Positions 62,268 to 64,000 of a DNA stretch of 64,000 nucleotides are shown in pieces (positions within the stretch are counted from its first letter, which is position 1; each line of letters starts with the position of its first letter). This stretch comes from a virus. Lineage: Duplodnaviria; Caudoviricetes. The stretch is taken from the IMG/VR virus record IMGVR_UViG_3300049182_000044, positions 160,001 to 224,000 of that record; one strand, given 5' to 3'. The translations under genes were made by a program, and so were the position numbers. The notes below the pieces were generated by a model. The model did not search any database, had not been told where the DNA came from, and worked only from the letters and a program-made list of their open reading frames with translations.

Positions 62268-63896
62268 TTATTCGTCGCTGGCCTTCTTGTCCTTCTTGGA
62301 CTTCTTGCTCTTCGACTTTTCCTTGGCTGTCGCAATTGCCTTGGCCTTCTTCGCCGCAGCTGCTGCCAACTGCTCTTCGATGCTGTCAATATGCTCCAGC
62401 ACGTACTTCGCAGGATTCTTCTTGCGGCCTTCGTAGGTCTTGTACTCTTTCTCCAAGTCCTTGATCTTCGCAACAAGTGCCTTGTCTTCCAGCGCGCGCA
62501 ATTGGCGAACTTTCAAATCAAGGATTTGGTTTGCCTGATCGACCGTGATCTTCAAACCTTTTGCAATGTACTTTGCGAGTTCATCTTCCGAGCATTCTTT
62601 CTTCAATGCCTTGAGGATGAAGTCCCGCATCTTCACTGCGAGGCGCATCAGCTCGAGCTTCGCGATCTCTTCCTTGCGCTTCTTGATCCAGTACGTACAC
62701 GCATCTTGTTCGAGCTTGATGCGATAGTCGATCCAGTGCTGAATCAATGCCGGCACCGTTGTCGGACGCAGCTTCGCGCCTTCAGTGCCATCGGGGTTCA
62801 GGAAGCGATCAGTGACCTGCACACTGAAACGCCACGACGCTGAGAACGCCTCGTTGACCTTCTTGAGCGCTGTTTTGAGCGCATCGCCTTTGCACGACTT
62901 GGCGAACTGCACGACATACGCAACCTGATGTTTGTCATGCTTGTCCGAATCGTCACGCGTCTTGACCACGCCTGCAACGCCTTCAACCTTGGCGAGTACC
63001 TTCTCGATATCGCTGATCGGTGCGAACTCGTCGAAACGAATCTCGTTCCTCACATCAACATCGGTGTGCGTCGAGCGGAATGTAACAGCGCCGCGTCCGG
63101 TCTTGTAGAAGCGCTTGAACTCTTCCTTGTCGTACACAGCCTTGCCGCCGTACTTGGTAGTGAACTCCAAGTCCATGCACATCTTAGCCGTGCAAGCGCC
63201 TTCCTTGATTGCCTTGCGCACGACTGCGAGCGTAGACTTCAGACCGAAGGACGGGGTTCGAGTATTCACACCAGGCGTGATACCGAAGTTGCCGTTCAGG
63301 ATTGTGTTCGGCAACAGGGCTGGCAGAATCAGCGGCTCCATCTTCGACCCGTCGTAGTTCGGGACGTAGTCGATTGTCGGCAAGTAGAACGGATCGAAGA
63401 ACACGAGGTCCGAATACAGACTGAGGCGCATGTTCGTGTAACGATACGCCGCTGCGCCGTCGTTCATCGTACCCCAGTTGCCCTCGCCGTCAACGAGGTT
63501 CATCGGGGACTTGGCTGCCGTGATGATCGCTCCGTAACAGGCCATGTCACCGTGCGGGTGGTAGTTAGCGAGCGTGTCGCCTACAACCTTCGCCGACTTG
63601 TCTGCCTTGACGTTGTGCCGCAAACCCGCTTTGTGAGCCGACCACAATGCACGACGCGCAACCGGCTTCAATCCGTCAATCGACCCGAAGATCGCTCGGT
63701 CTTCGATGACCGCGATACCGTACTTGTAGTACTCCTCGTTGGCTTTGTCCTCGAGGTGCACATCAGTAACAGTCTTGGCCATCGCTACGATTGAACGCAT
63801 GTCGCTGGCGAAATCAATCGGGGCGCCTTTGCCCTTCTTGACTTTCTTGGCCTTCTTCTCAGGCTTGTCGGCCTTCGCCTTTACCTTCTTGACCAT
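62268..63896 (-). CDS. gyrA: Type IIA topoisomerase subunit A (GyrA/ParC/T4 gp52-like), lacking beta-pinwheel CTD
   Basis: 542 aa; DGLKPVARR, KSAKVVG...YHPHGD, DGEGNWG, AYRYT (catalytic Tyr), LP.LL.NG. Confidence 0.93.
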   Translation of the reverse strand: MVKKVKAKADKPEKKAKKVKKGKGAPIDFASDMRSIVAMAKTVTDVHLEDKANEEYYKYGIAVIEDRAIFGSIDGLKPVARRALWSAHKAGLRHNVKADKSAKVVGDTLANYHPHGDMACYGAIITAAKSPMNLVDGEGNWGTMNDGAAAYRYTNMRLSLYSDLVFFDPFYLPTIDYVPNYDGSKMEPLILPALLPNTILNGNFGITPGVNTRTPSFGLKSTLAVVRKAIKEGACTAKMCMDLEFTTKYGGKAVYDKEEFKRFYKTGRGAVTFRSTHTDVDVRNEIRFDEFAPISDIEKVLAKVEGVAGVVKTRDDSDKHDKHQVAYVVQFAKSCKGDALKTALKKVNEAFSASWRFSVQVTDRFLNPDGTEGAKLRPTTVPALIQHWIDYRIKLEQDACTYWIKKRKEEIAKLELMRLAVKMRDFILKALKKECSEDELAKYIAKGLKITVDQANQILDLKVRQLRALEDKALVAKIKDLEKEYKTYEGRKKNPAKYVLEHIDSIEEQLAAAAAKKAKAIATAKEKSKSKKSKKDKKASDE

Positions 63897-64000
63897 CAGT
63901 TACCCCTTTTCTTTTTGCCGGCGTCTTTCTTCGCCTTGCCTTTCACGACAACCTTGGACTCATTGTCCTTGGATGCCTTCTTGACCTTCTTTTCCTTGGC
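63896..64000 (-). CDS. C-terminal fragment of Lys-rich-tailed protein (probably topoisomerase II subunit B)
   Basis: AKEKKVKKASKDNESKVVVKGKAKKDAGKKKRGN*, TGATG coupling to subunit A; identity is inference. Confidence 0.4.
   Translation of the reverse strand, partial: AKEKKVKKASKDNESKVVVKGKAKKDAGKKKRGN

Noticed and set aside
47970-63896. Inteins in terL, dnaB or gyrA
   Set aside because: Lengths and motif spacing are normal; no C/S...HN-C/S/T junctions or LAGLIDADG blocks
1-64000. tRNA, rRNA, CRISPR array, integrase or IS elements
   Set aside because: Intergenic gaps are short and none shows cloverleaf arms, repeat-spacer arrays or terminal inverted repeats with a transposase

Overview
64 kb slice of a large (jumbo-type) contractile-tailed dsDNA phage genome; every credible gene is on the minus strand. 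Reading in transcription order (right to left): type IIA topoisomerase subunit A, sigma-70-like factor, DnaB helicase, MmcB-like nuclease, terminase large subunit, portal, a ~13 kb cluster of small enzymes, prohead protease, virion fibre genes, an AT-richer accessory cassette, acidic scaffold, head decoration protein, major capsid protein, tail sheath/tubes, tail chaperone, tape measure, and a T4-like baseplate (gp48/54, gp53, hub, gp5 spike, PAAR, gp25, gp6, gp7-like, tail fibre). Gene order and capsid type recall phiRSL1/PaBG/Lu11-like jumbo phages (recollection, not searched). Strongest candidate for an undescribed system: at least 13 otherwise unrelated proteins share an N-terminal tag M-K-[IL]-[KQRN]-[IV]-[SA]-L-[SA] or a close variant. 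They include two type IB topoisomerases, an NAD+ ligase, an Acb1-like anti-CBASS phosphodiesterase, a GNAT, ADP-ribosyltransferase-like proteins and ParB-like proteins. The tag's SLS/ALS/ALA end also occurs in capsid, portal and scaffold proteins, suggesting a capsid-targeting and protease-cleaved signal for a co-injected enzyme cargo. Other notable items: a homing endonuclease whose N-terminus duplicates that of the PAAR gene, a -1 frameshift site in the tail chaperone, a pseudoknot-like leader on a second homing endonuclease, recurring late-promoter-like motifs, and a near-consensus sigma-70 promoter driving a ~315-nt non-coding leader. No tRNA, rRNA or CRISPR array was seen. All protein calls are by-eye motif recognition, with no database search.
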